This document shows positions 54,183-64,000 of a stretch of DNA of 64,000 bases, one piece after another. Every line of letters starts with the position of its first letter. Within the stretch, counting starts at the first letter, position 1. Source of the stretch: Corallochytrium limacisporum Hawaii (lineage: Eukaryota > Protista > Pluriformea). The notes under the pieces were generated by a model. That model saw only the letters and a list, made by a program, of their open reading frames with translations, was not told the DNA's origin and ran no database searches. The position numbers and the translations under genes were made by a program. The stretch covers positions 38,202 to 102,201 of the forward strand of contig PDIP01000085.1 in assembly GCA_002811645.1 (NCBI GenBank), in the 5' to 3' direction.

Positions 54183-56393
54183 ATGGGTCAGACATTGACA
54201 TTGCACAGCCATGCCACAGAGGACTGTGGTGTGGAGGTGCAACGATACAGCATCATCCGCAAGGGGCGGAAAACAGCTGACTTCAAATTTAGCAAGACAC
54301 ACTCAAAGCTTCGCACGGACAAAATCCCATCTTTCAAGGGGGCAGAGCTGTTTGCAAGTCAGGGCGATGTGAAAGCATCAGCACGCACAGAGAGTATCCC
54401 GAGTGCTCTGCGGTCTTTGAGGCGCCGGACCAGCATGGAACTCCTGCGTCAGCCTCCCACACAAGAACCAACGAGTGTTGCGACACCGGACTCTCCCATT
54501 CGCAGTGAGGGATCAGATACAGATACACAGATTCGTGAGTCTTTTGCGCGGGCCGCAGAGACCCAGTTTGCCACAGTCAACGGTAATGTACAGTCCATGA
54601 CCATCTCGGCACGAGAGGTCCCATTCCAGGGTAAAATCAGAATCAGTTTCAAGGGCAACACCCCCTTGCCTCAAAGTCTTACTTGGATCAATGCGTTCAC
54701 TTTCTGCATTGATGAGGCGAAAAAGGGGGCCTTCCCTGAGCCATTGCCCAATGGTCATATGCCTACCGAATATCTCGAACAGTTGGGTTGCATCTTCCAG
54801 GTTCAGTATTTGGGTAGTACCAGCAAGTACATTGACACTGAAAAGGTCAAGGAGGACACTGTCGCTGCTGGCAGCGAAGAATCAACAGGACGAAAGTCGC
54901 TAGTGGCTCTGCAAGTAGAGCGCAAGCCATCTGGCTCAGACTCCGTGGCTGACATTGTGAGTGATGAATGGTTCATGCCCGATGATGTCATGAACGGCGG
55001 TGGACAGGATTTTATCAACTTCATCTATCTCGTAGATGAGAACGGCCGAGTTCTGATGCACTCTGCCATACTGGTAATCATGGAAGGGCGAACCACGCAC
55101 CATCACCGCAAACAGAACCAGATGGCTCACCATAACAATGTGCTCAGCATGTTCCGCCGTTCCTGCAAGGAGCACAGCACAACGTCTGAGGAGGACACAG
55201 GGTCTGAGAAGAGCGACCGATCCCACCGGTCTCGCTCTGTAACCATCCAGTCCGACAAGAGCGACGAAAGCTTCTGTTCGGCCAAGAGTGGCAGTCTTTT
55301 GCGGAGGCTGTCCTCAGGTGACAAGCACAAGAGGGCGAGGAACAATACCGTTCCTCAGGTGAAAGAAGTGCGCAGCAGCAGTGCCAGTGTAGGTCGCTCT
55401 TCGACTATGGAGAGTGCCCCCGAGGTCGACCGTGACAACATTCTTTCGTACGAGCTGCGTAAGCCCTGCGGTAAGGTGCTGGTTGATGTGGACCTCAAAC
55501 TCTCCCTACGCGAACTGTATGATGACTTCTTCGCATCCACCCCGGCAAAGCTGCGTGAGTTCTATCTCAGTCTCGGATGCCGCGACTTCCACACCCACTG
55601 GTGGGCGCATGGACAGCGTTCAATCTTCTACATGTTCCCCGATAACACCAATGGCTACATGCAGACAGCACGCACCGTGCCCGTCCAGGAACAGCAGCTC
55701 CTGCACTGGGACAAGAACTCCAAGTTCTTCGTTGTTGAGTCAACCATTAGCTCGACTGGCTTGCAGTACGGTGATGCGTACACGGCAGTCGTCAAGTTTG
55801 TGGCCGAAGTCCTCGACGAAAACCAAGTTCGCTTCACTGTGAGTGGTGCAGTAGCCGCCAAGCTGAGCAACAGCTTGAAGCACCGCGTGGAAGAAGTCGG
55901 TTGGCATCACATTCAATCTGTCTACACTCTCTTCGCGCAGAACCTTGAGAAACTCTACGGTGCCACCTGCTGCAGCCCGCGGTCCATGTCCCTTGACTTG
56001 GCCTCAGACAGTGCTGTACACTCGCCACCTCCCACCTTCTCGCGGCGTGAGAGTGACGAGTCACTTGATTCTGCCGTGTCGCTCACTGATTCTGAGGAGA
56101 ATGGGAACAAGAAGAGTCTTTCTCCGTCGGTAAGCTTTGCGGATGAGACGATGAAGGAGGCAAAGATGGTGCAAGAAACAGACGAAGCGCCCATTTCTGA
56201 GCGGTCCTTGAGCGAGACCTTCTACGCCACTATCCAGCCTTACATTGGTATCATTGTGGTGACTCTGCTTGTGCTCCTCTTGGCCGTCTTCACCAACAAT
56301 TTGATTCAGCGCACCGCCGTGCTCCGCGAGAAGCTTGATGTATTGGATGCCAGCCTTATGCCCGAGGCAGTTGCAGGAAGCACCACAGTATAG
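54183..56393 (+). CDS. VASt (StART-like, Aster/LAM/GRAMD1-type) lipid-transfer domain protein with a C-terminal transmembrane helix
   Basis: LVDVDLKLSLRELYDDFF, W...RSIFYM, V.EQQ, FVVESTISSTGLQYGDAY..VVKF (VASt P/QYGDxF-type motif), then the hydrophobic IGIIVVTLLVLLLAVFTNNLI and a short coiled coil. Confidence 0.78.
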   Translation: MGQTLTLHSHATEDCGVEVQRYSIIRKGRKTADFKFSKTHSKLRTDKIPSFKGAELFASQGDVKASARTESIPSALRSLRRRTSMELLRQPPTQEPTSVATPDSPIRSEGSDTDTQIRESFARAAETQFATVNGNVQSMTISAREVPFQGKIRISFKGNTPLPQSLTWINAFTFCIDEAKKGAFPEPLPNGHMPTEYLEQLGCIFQVQYLGSTSKYIDTEKVKEDTVAAGSEESTGRKSLVALQVERKPSGSDSVADIVSDEWFMPDDVMNGGGQDFINFIYLVDENGRVLMHSAILVIMEGRTTHHHRKQNQMAHHNNVLSMFRRSCKEHSTTSEEDTGSEKSDRSHRSRSVTIQSDKSDESFCSAKSGSLLRRLSSGDKHKRARNNTVPQVKEVRSSSASVGRSSTMESAPEVDRDNILSYELRKPCGKVLVDVDLKLSLRELYDDFFASTPAKLREFYLSLGCRDFHTHWWAHGQRSIFYMFPDNTNGYMQTARTVPVQEQQLLHWDKNSKFFVVESTISSTGLQYGDAYTAVVKFVAEVLDENQVRFTVSGAVAAKLSNSLKHRVEEVGWHHIQSVYTLFAQNLEKLYGATCCSPRSMSLDLASDSAVHSPPPTFSRRESDESLDSAVSLTDSEENGNKKSLSPSVSFADETMKEAKMVQETDEAPISERSLSETFYATIQPYIGIIVVTLLVLLLAVFTNNLIQRTAVLREKLDVLDASLMPEAVAGSTTV

Positions 56394-57940
56394 ATTAACG
56401 TAAAGAAAGTGTGGTCGAAAGCACACCACTGAGATAATAGTAAATAGAATTTCTATCGAAACATTACCACCCTGTACCACCGGTGTGCGTTTTCGCTTTA
56501 TTTTTAGCGCGCCCATTCTTTTGCCACTGCGGCGTGATTGACTTTTCTTTTTGCCAGGGGAAGCAGTCGCTGCTGCCCTTCACTACGGCATTATAAGCAA
56601 GTTTCTCCCCCGGTACTGTCACACACTGTGCAGTAAGAGAACGTAGAAAAGTTTCTTTCTTGTGAAACGTACAACCCCCCAGCCCGAAAGGAATTACAAA
56701 ACAAACACAGCAAAATTTCACAGACTAAATAGCCAGCCAGCGAAAAAAGACTAAAAAAACAGAGGCGAACGGAGAGAGAGGGGGGGGGAGGGGAGCACAG
56801 GGGAGGGGGACTCACCCCCCCCCCCCCACCGTCCCGCCGCCGGGAGGGAACGCAAGGGGTGGGGTCCTTGGCGATCATCTACAAAGATAAGGGGGGCCCA
56901 AGAATACCTCCACCCNNNNNNNNNNNNNNNNNNNNNNNNNNNNNNNNNNNNNNNNNNNNNNNNNNNNNNNNNNNNNNNNNNNNNNNNNNNNNNNNNNNNN
57001 NNNNNNNNNNNNNNNNNNNNNNNNNNNNNNNNNNNNNNNNNNNNNNNNNNNNNNNNNNNNNNNNNNNNNNNNNNNNNNNNNNNNNNNNNNNNNNNNNNNN
57101 NNNNNNNNNNNNNNNNNNNNNNNNNNNNNNNNNNNNNNNNNNNNNNNNNNNNNNNNNNNNNNNNNNNNNNNNNNNNNNNNNNNNNNNNNNNNNNNNNNNN
57201 NNNNNNNNNNNNNNNNNNNNNNNNNNNNNNNNNNNNNNNNNNNNNNNNNNNNNNNNNNNNNNNNNNNNNNNNNNNNNNNNNNNNNNNNNNNNNNNNNNNN
57301 NNNNNNNNNNNNNNNNNNNNNNNNNNNNNNNNNNNNNNNNNNNNNNNNNNNNNNNNNNNNNNNNNNNNNNNNNNNNNNNNNNNNNNNNNNNNNNNNNNNN
57401 NNNNNNNNNNNNNNNNNNNNNNNNNNNNNNNNNNNNNNNNNNNNNNNNNNNNNNNNNNNNNNNNNNNNNNNNNNNNNNNNNNNNNNNNNNNNNNNNNNNN
57501 NNNNNNNNNNNNNNNNNNNNNNNNNNNNNNNNNNNNNNNNNNNNNNNNNNNNNNNNNNNNNNNNNNNNNNNNNNNNNNNNNNNNNNNNNNNNNNNNNNNN
57601 NNNNNNNNNNNNNNNNNNNNNNNNNNNNNNNNNNNNNNNNNNNNNNNNNNNNNNNNNNNNNNNNNNNNNNNNNNNCATTATTTTGATTTTTTTGGGGGGG
57701 GGGGGGCAAAGTTCGGGGGGGAGACAGGTGTATCTCTGAAGGCAAAGGTTCTACTCTTCTGTTTTGAAGGGGTGTTGGTGGTGAAGAAAACCTTTGTGCT
57801 TGCAGTTTTTGTGTGTGCTCAGTGTCTATCTAATGACACGGACACAGAAAAACTCCTTCGAGAGATTATTGCGGGGTGTCATCCCCATACCCCGACGACG
57901 TCCGAAGCGGATCAGAAATCCTTTTTGAGTTTCTGTACCT

Positions 57941-60900
57941 TTACTGACCGCCAGAGTGGACCCGCTGGGTGGGCAGCTCCCGCATATCGACGTACTCGGA
58001 CCAGCTGAGTACACGGTCACCCTCGGCACCGGTCTGGGCAGGCATTCGGTTCAGAGAATCCATAAACATGCGAGCGTTGCGCGGGTGGTTGATCAAGGGT
58101 ACACCGTAGTCAACGGCCATACGACGCAGCAGATAGTTCACATCGCTGCGGTCCAAGGGACGAGACAGGCTGAGATTGAGCACCATCTCAATGTCCTTCT
58201 TCAGGAAGGCCTGCTGGACAGCATTCTTGCCGAGGCTGAAGCCGAGCATGGTGGCGGGAATACCCTTCTGGCCAAGCAGCTCGCAGACGCTCTCGTCACC
58301 GTAAATGTTCAGTCCAGCGTTACGGGCCTTCTCGGCAGTGTACACAACATCATCTGGGTTGGTGTGGCCATCCATGCACATCAGGACGTTCTTCTTAGGG
58401 ATCTTGAAGTTCTGGACGGACCGCAGAGCCTTCAGGTAAGCCTCATACTTATCGGCACCGAAGCAAGCAACTTCACCGGTGGATGCCATTTCCACGCTGA
58501 GCATGGGGTCGGCGCCGCCGAGACGGGTGAAGGAAAACTGTGGTGCCTTAACGGCCTGGTAGTTGCGCTCTTCGGGCTTGGTGTCAATGAAGGACATCTC
58601 CTCGCCGAGCATGGCACGGGTGGCCAGTTCAATGAAGTTGTAGCCCATGACCTTGGAGCAGAATGGCAGGGAGCGAGAGGCGCGCAGGTTGCACTCAATT
58701 ACCTTGAGCTCACCATCCTTGTGGATAATCTGCATGTTGAAGGGACCGGTAATCTCCAGACCAGCCGCGACCTTCTCGGCAATCTCCTTGATGCGGCCAA
58801 GAGTGCTCTGATCCAAGTCGCGGGAAGGCAGCACCAGGGAGGCATCACCAGAGTGCACACCAGCGTTCTCAATGTGCTCAGCCACTGCGTGGATCACGAG
58901 CTTGCCGTTGGCGGCCACAGCATCGACATCAATCTCATCGGCGCCAGTAATGAACTTGGTAACCACAACAGGGTGTTCGGGGCTCACATCCACGGCATCG
59001 CCGAGATATTTCTCGAGCTCCTCGTTAGACCAGGCGACCTTCATGGCTGCGCCGGACAAAACGTAAGACGGGCGGACCAGCACAGGGTAGCTCACGCGGT
59101 CAGTAAAGGCAAAGACATCCTCCAGCTTGGACAGTTCCTTCCACTCGGGCTGATCGACCTTGATGGAGTCCAGGAACTTTGAGAACTCGAAGCGGTTCTC
59201 GGCGCGGTCAATGTTCGACGGGCTGGTGCCGAGAATTGGGGCTCCGTTGTCCTCCAAGGGCACGGCGAGGTTTTGGGCCAGCTGGCCACCGACGGACACA
59301 ATCACACCCATGGGGGCCTCCTTATCGAGAACATCCAAAGAACGCTCCAAACTAATCTCCTCAAAGTAGAGACGGTCACACTCGTCGTAGTCGGTGGACA
59401 CGGTCTCGGGGTTGTAGTTCAACATGATGGCTTGCTTGCCGGCCTTGCGCAGGGCACGGATGGCAGACACACCAGACCAGTCAAATTCAACGGAGGAGCC
59501 AATGCGGTATGTACCAGATCCCAGAACCAGGACGGCGTTATCTCCTTGGCCAAAGGCAACATCGTTCTCAGTACCATGGTAAGTCATGTACAAGTAGTTG
59601 GTCTGGGCCGGGAATTCACCAGCCAGAGTGTCAATCTGCTTGACCACAGGCTCAATACCCATGTCCTTACGGAAGGAGCGCACAGTCAGCTCGGTTGTAC
59701 CGACGGCCTGACCAATCTGCTTGTCTGAGAAACCGGCACGCTTGGCTTCCAGCATGAGGGCGTGGTTAACACGCTCAACACCACCGGCATTGGTTATGGA
59801 AGTCTGAATCTCGAGCATGTTCTGAATACGGCTCAGGAACCACTTGTCGACCTTGGTCAGATCGTGCAGCTGGTCCACAGAGTAACCCAAGTGCTTCATG
59901 GCGTAACCAATGGCATGGATACGGCGATCGTCAGCATTCACGAGAACTTCGTTGACCTCCTCGCTCGGGGCCTTATCCCACATGATACCGGTGTTGGCGG
60001 AATCCTGCATACGCAGGGCCTTCTGGATAACCTCCTCGAAGCTGCGACCAATCGCCATAGACTCACCGACAGACTTCATAGCAGAACCCAGCTTCGGAGA
60101 GACATGGTTAAACTTGCGCAGATCCCAGCGGGGCACCTTGGCAACAACGTAGTCAAGGGACGGTTCAAAGCAAGCGGTAGTCTCGCGGGTCACAGCGTTG
60201 CGCAGCTCGGGCAGCTGGTGTCCAAGGGCAAGCTTGGCAGCAACATGGGCCAGGGGGTAGCCGGTGGCCTTGGAAGCCAGGGCGGATGAACGGGACAGAC
60301 GGGCATTGACTTCAATGACACAGTACTCGGACGTCTCCGGATTCAGAGCGTACTGCACGTTGCACTCACCGACAACACCCAGGTGGCGAATAATCTTGAT
60401 CGCAGCCTCACGCAGCTTGTGGTACTCGTAGTCCGTCAGTGTCTGGGAAGGAGCCACAACAATGGAGTCTCCAGTGTGGATACCGAGAGGATCAAAGTTC
60501 TCCATGTTGCAGACGGTGATGCAGTTGTCGTAGCGATCGCGCACGACCTCGTACTCAACCTCTTTCCAGCCCTTCATGGACCGCTCAACCAGAATCTGAG
60601 GAGCCAGAGACAGGGACTTTCCAGCAAGCTCTCGCAATTCCTCAGAGTTGTTGGCGAAACCGGATCCGAGACCACCAAGAGAATAGGCGGAACGGACAAT
60701 GACAGGGTAGGAAATCTTGTCAGCAACGGACAAAGCCTCTTCGACAGTGTCGACGGCCTGGGAGACTGCGACTGGCTCCTTAATAGACTTCAAGGCCTCT
60801 GCGAACAAATCCCGATCTTCAGAGAGCTCAAGAGTGGCAATGGGGGTACCCAGAACCTTAACGTCATGCTTGGCCAGGATACCGGCATGCTCCAGCTGCA

Positions 60901-62575
60901 CACCAGCGTTCAGGGCAGTCTGACCTCCAAAAGTACACAGGATGCCATCCGGTTGCTCTCGCTCGATAATCTTCTCCAGGTACTCGGTGGTGACAGGCAA
61001 GAAGTAGACGGTATCAGCCATAAGCGAGTCGGTCTGCACAGTGGCAATGTTCGAGTTGACCAGGATGGACTCGACGTTCTCCTCCTTCAGGGCCTTGATG
61101 GCCTGAGATCCCGAGTAGTCGAACTCACCCGCCTGACCAATGCTGAGACCGCCGGATCCAAGCACGAGCACTCGGCTAACGGGGTCCTTCACCCGGTTAG
61201 CAAAATTGCTGCGCTTGAACAGGTATTCCCGCTGCTGGGTCAGTACGTCGACAATGCGCTGGTTCTTTCCGGCCTTAACCTGGTCAGCAAAGACCTTGAA
61301 TAGGTACATGGAGTCTGTGGGTCCACCTGTGGCTTCGGGGTGGAACTGTACGGAAGCGAAGGGTTTGTTCTTGTGAATCAGACCCTCATTGGAGCCATCA
61401 TTGGCATTGCGGAAGTAAGTCTGCCACTCGCTGTCCTTCGTCAGCGACCGATCGTCAATGGCGAATCCGTGGTTCTGAGAGGTGATGATGCATTCTCCGC
61501 TGATCTGGTTCCAGGCGGGTTGGTTATGACCGCGGTTACCGTAGGGCATCTTGTGTGTATCGAGACCAGCGGCGCGACCCAGGATGTGGTTACCCATGCA
61601 AATACCAAAGACCGGCTTCTCCTGTCCCGCAGGCGCGTTCAAGTTCTTGCGCACGTTCTCGATGAGCTCCTGGGCCATGGCGGGATCACCAGGACCGTTG
61701 GAGATAAACAGGCCGTCGTACTCCAGCTGGTGGTAGTTGTAGTTCCAGGGCACGACAGTGACCTCCATGTTCTTGTCACATAGGGCACGGATAATATTGT
61801 TCTTCATACCGCAGTCCACGGCAACCACCTTGTAAGGGGCACCCTTGTTATAGACGACGGGCTCGGAAACGCTGACAATGTCCATGAGATGCTTCTTATT
61901 TGGGTCGACCAAGCTAGGGGTTTCGTGGCCCTCGGGGGCAATGCCACCTAGTAGAGTACCCTCACGGACCTTGTGTGCCAGTGCACGGGTATCCACACCA
62001 GTAATGGCTGGGATTCCCTCCTTCCTTAGCCATGCCTCCAAGCTCTGTCCCGAGGTCCAGTGAGAATCCACCTCCGAGTACTCGTTGACCACTAGGCCAG
62101 CAATCTGAATCTTGTCGCTCTCAAAGACTTTGAGTAGACCATACTTGTCGAACTCTCTGTTTGGTACACCATAGTTACCGACCATGGGTTGGGTCAGGAC
62201 CAGAATCTGTCCCTTGTAAGACGGATCGGTCATGGACTCCGGGTAGCCGACAATGGCAGTAGAGAACACAACCTCTCCGCTAATCGGCTTATCAGCACCG
62301 AAAGACTTGCCGACGAATGTGGTTCCGTCTGACAATGTGAGCTTCGCGTCCTGACGCTCGATACGCTTGGCCACAGACCCCTTCTGCTGCTGGGCCAAGG
62401 TAGTGGAAAAGGCGCGGATTTGCACGGGTGCACTCTTCACGCCAGAGGACACTGATGGAGTGCTCACGGTGTAGCGGACGACAAGTCCAGAGGAGCGAGT
62501 GGCGGCACTGCCGGTGCGCATGCCCCGGGCAGCCGACCGAAAGGCGGTGGAGCGAGCAGCCTGCAAGAACTTCAT
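57941..62575 (-). CDS. Mitochondrial glutamine-dependent carbamoyl-phosphate synthetase with fused small and large subunits (arginine-pathway/CPS III type)
   Basis: Arg/Ser-rich presequence; GATase domain with GYPESMTDPSY, SNGPGDP, GICMGNH and QFHPE; two ATP-grasp halves (IGQAGEFDYSG, IGSSVEFDW); MGS-like tail; no DHOase or ATCase domains. Confidence 0.96.
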   Translation of the reverse strand: MKFLQAARSTAFRSAARGMRTGSAATRSSGLVVRYTVSTPSVSSGVKSAPVQIRAFSTTLAQQQKGSVAKRIERQDAKLTLSDGTTFVGKSFGADKPISGEVVFSTAIVGYPESMTDPSYKGQILVLTQPMVGNYGVPNREFDKYGLLKVFESDKIQIAGLVVNEYSEVDSHWTSGQSLEAWLRKEGIPAITGVDTRALAHKVREGTLLGGIAPEGHETPSLVDPNKKHLMDIVSVSEPVVYNKGAPYKVVAVDCGMKNNIIRALCDKNMEVTVVPWNYNYHQLEYDGLFISNGPGDPAMAQELIENVRKNLNAPAGQEKPVFGICMGNHILGRAAGLDTHKMPYGNRGHNQPAWNQISGECIITSQNHGFAIDDRSLTKDSEWQTYFRNANDGSNEGLIHKNKPFASVQFHPEATGGPTDSMYLFKVFADQVKAGKNQRIVDVLTQQREYLFKRSNFANRVKDPVSRVLVLGSGGLSIGQAGEFDYSGSQAIKALKEENVESILVNSNIATVQTDSLMADTVYFLPVTTEYLEKIIEREQPDGILCTFGGQTALNAGVQLEHAGILAKHDVKVLGTPIATLELSEDRDLFAEALKSIKEPVAVSQAVDTVEEALSVADKISYPVIVRSAYSLGGLGSGFANNSEELRELAGKSLSLAPQILVERSMKGWKEVEYEVVRDRYDNCITVCNMENFDPLGIHTGDSIVVAPSQTLTDYEYHKLREAAIKIIRHLGVVGECNVQYALNPETSEYCVIEVNARLSRSSALASKATGYPLAHVAAKLALGHQLPELRNAVTRETTACFEPSLDYVVAKVPRWDLRKFNHVSPKLGSAMKSVGESMAIGRSFEEVIQKALRMQDSANTGIMWDKAPSEEVNEVLVNADDRRIHAIGYAMKHLGYSVDQLHDLTKVDKWFLSRIQNMLEIQTSITNAGGVERVNHALMLEAKRAGFSDKQIGQAVGTTELTVRSFRKDMGIEPVVKQIDTLAGEFPAQTNYLYMTYHGTENDVAFGQGDNAVLVLGSGTYRIGSSVEFDWSGVSAIRALRKAGKQAIMLNYNPETVSTDYDECDRLYFEEISLERSLDVLDKEAPMGVIVSVGGQLAQNLAVPLEDNGAPILGTSPSNIDRAENRFEFSKFLDSIKVDQPEWKELSKLEDVFAFTDRVSYPVLVRPSYVLSGAAMKVAWSNEELEKYLGDAVDVSPEHPVVVTKFITGADEIDVDAVAANGKLVIHAVAEHIENAGVHSGDASLVLPSRDLDQSTLGRIKEIAEKVAAGLEITGPFNMQIIHKDGELKVIECNLRASRSLPFCSKVMGYNFIELATRAMLGEEMSFIDTKPEERNYQAVKAPQFSFTRLGGADPMLSVEMASTGEVACFGADKYEAYLKALRSVQNFKIPKKNVLMCMDGHTNPDDVVYTAEKARNAGLNIYGDESVCELLGQKGIPATMLGFSLGKNAVQQAFLKKDIEMVLNLSLSRPLDRSDVNYLLRRMAVDYGVPLINHPRNARMFMDSLNRMPAQTGAEGDRVLSWSEYVDMRELPTQRVHSGGQ

Positions 62576-62844
62576 TCCGCAAACTGTGCTATAGGTATGC
62601 GTAAAACTAAAAAGGAACTAGATCTAGAGTGGCGTCGATCGACCGTCGCGTTCACAGACAATATGCACCAGCGGTGCGATGTTGCCTTTGTTGAGACACA
62701 AATGTATGATAGGTACGATACGGACACCAGGTCCCGGCTTTCTGTCAATTGACCGGTTTTACTATCAGTAAACTTCGCATTGACTAGCATCAGTAATGGA
62801 TTGGTATACCCCGAGGTTGGGGATCTCGAATACCTGTACGACAT
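62572..62844 (-). promoter_or_regulatory. Candidate uORF (90 aa) whose TGA overlaps the CPS ATG
   Basis: ATG at 62844 (second in-frame ATG at 62790), open to gaATGA at 62575-62572. Confidence 0.3.
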
Positions 62845-64000
62845 GCGTGCGATGGTCACCCGACTGTAAGAAACACACACAATGTCTCTGTCTTTCGTGG
62901 GAAGAACCCAGACGCTAGAATACAGAACGAGACCGAACTTTTCACAACCGCTAACAACCGGAGTTAAGACACCAGAAACAGGCACGTACACACTCTGGCC
63001 GCCTTCCCGTAGGGGTGGATGGACTTTGCTTCCACCCGTCAGCTATCCACTGGCCTTAAGGCCGGGGCTCGGAAGACACAGACATCACTCAGCTTTTGCC
63101 ACGCTAACGAGAAAAAAGTCACCAAGCCTCGGGCCGCAAGGGCAAACCAGCAACGCAAGCGCACCGGTTTCGGAATAACCATCGGCAAGGTCCCGGTGAA
63201 TGCCGGTTTCAAACAATCGAAACCGAGCGTATCGCATGCGCGGGTTACGAACGGCGCACAGGGCCGCACGGGTCGCTGATGGCGGATCATTTCTGCGACC
63301 TCCCTCAGTCTCAGTACTGAGTTTGTGCACGGAAAAAGACCCGCCCAGTCGAAGAAAAAAACTGCGGGTCCCTGGAATCCAATCAGCAAACACTGGCCCA
63401 GCATCCTGCCATGGTCCCATGAAGCATCTCCTGTGTTTGCTAATTAAGCTGAGCCACTGAGCTCTGGGCAGCATGCCGCCATGCTACGATTGTGTTCCAT
63501 CTGTGGTCAAATATAGCGGCAAGGGTACCGTAAGAGCCGCAGAACAAGCGCAATGATTGGGCTGTGACGGTGGGTAATACCGCATTGCAGTCCCGCCCTT
63601 TCCCCCTTCTTTCGTGGAGCACTCGCCCCCTCCCAGGTGCGGGCCCCCACTGATGGGCCATCAGCTGGACAATTCTGTAGGCATATTCAACTATTGCCGA
63701 GTTTCCTTAAATATATTAAGTATGGTTTGTGGGTTCTGAATGATGCGGAAGACCTATCTATGATGCGGAATCTGGGACTCGTCGTCGACGGGCCCCTGCC
63801 TGTCGTTCTCTCGTGGACGAGGCGAGTCTGTGGTCCCGATTCTGTCCCGAGTGTTCTATAGATCCTCCGCTACGCAAAATTCTTCCTTCCATACTAAATA
63901 GCCCTACTACTGTTGACGAGAAACAATAATCTGTGAAACTGATGGGAGATCAAAATTTTCTCTCAGGAACCCTCCCCCCCCCGTGAATGGGTGGTGGGGG

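Noticed and set aside
56916-57675. ORFs spanning N runs (also 39262-39484 and 53381-53591)
   Set aside because: Assembly gaps beginning at poly-G/C tracts; the flanking low-complexity sequence may also be error-prone.
57956-62063. Long + strand ORFs (408, 306, 175 aa and others) opposite CPS; similar ones opposite ECH1, PMS2, DBT and RPS14
   Set aside because: Antisense shadows caused by codon bias of the real genes; they contain no motifs.

Overview
Eukaryotic nuclear DNA, most likely from a unicellular holozoan. Animal-type genes (Unkempt, SSX2IP, BLOC1S3-like, CCDC170-like) with no coding introns would fit an intron-poor lineage such as Corallochytrium, but this is an inference. The window holds about 17 intact single-exon genes: NDC80 (running off the left edge and absent from the ORF track), a mitochondrial carrier, Unkempt-like, SIRT2, NIF3L1, RPS14, URM1, BLOC1S3-like, an orphan 102-aa gene, ECH1, CAPZA, PMS2, SSX2IP, DBT, TFIIA alpha/beta, a VASt lipid-transfer protein, and a fused mitochondrial glutamine-dependent carbamoyl-phosphate synthetase (CPS). 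It also holds three tRNA genes (two intron-containing Ile-AAT, one Phe-GAA), long spacers rich in homopolymers and microsatellites, and four N gaps. The most notable signal is that the only two recognisable broken genes, ZMYND12-like and CCDC170-like, are both axoneme- or microtubule-related, while all housekeeping neighbours are intact. This suggests a flagellar toolkit in the process of decaying. Other leads: a single-triplet Unkempt that may predate the animal duplication, E2F/CHR/CCAAT promoter motifs at cell-cycle genes, a uORF overlapping the CPS start, a leaky-scanning design in ECH1, and a candidate structured RNA upstream of RPS14. All protein identifications come from motif recognition by eye, not from database searches.
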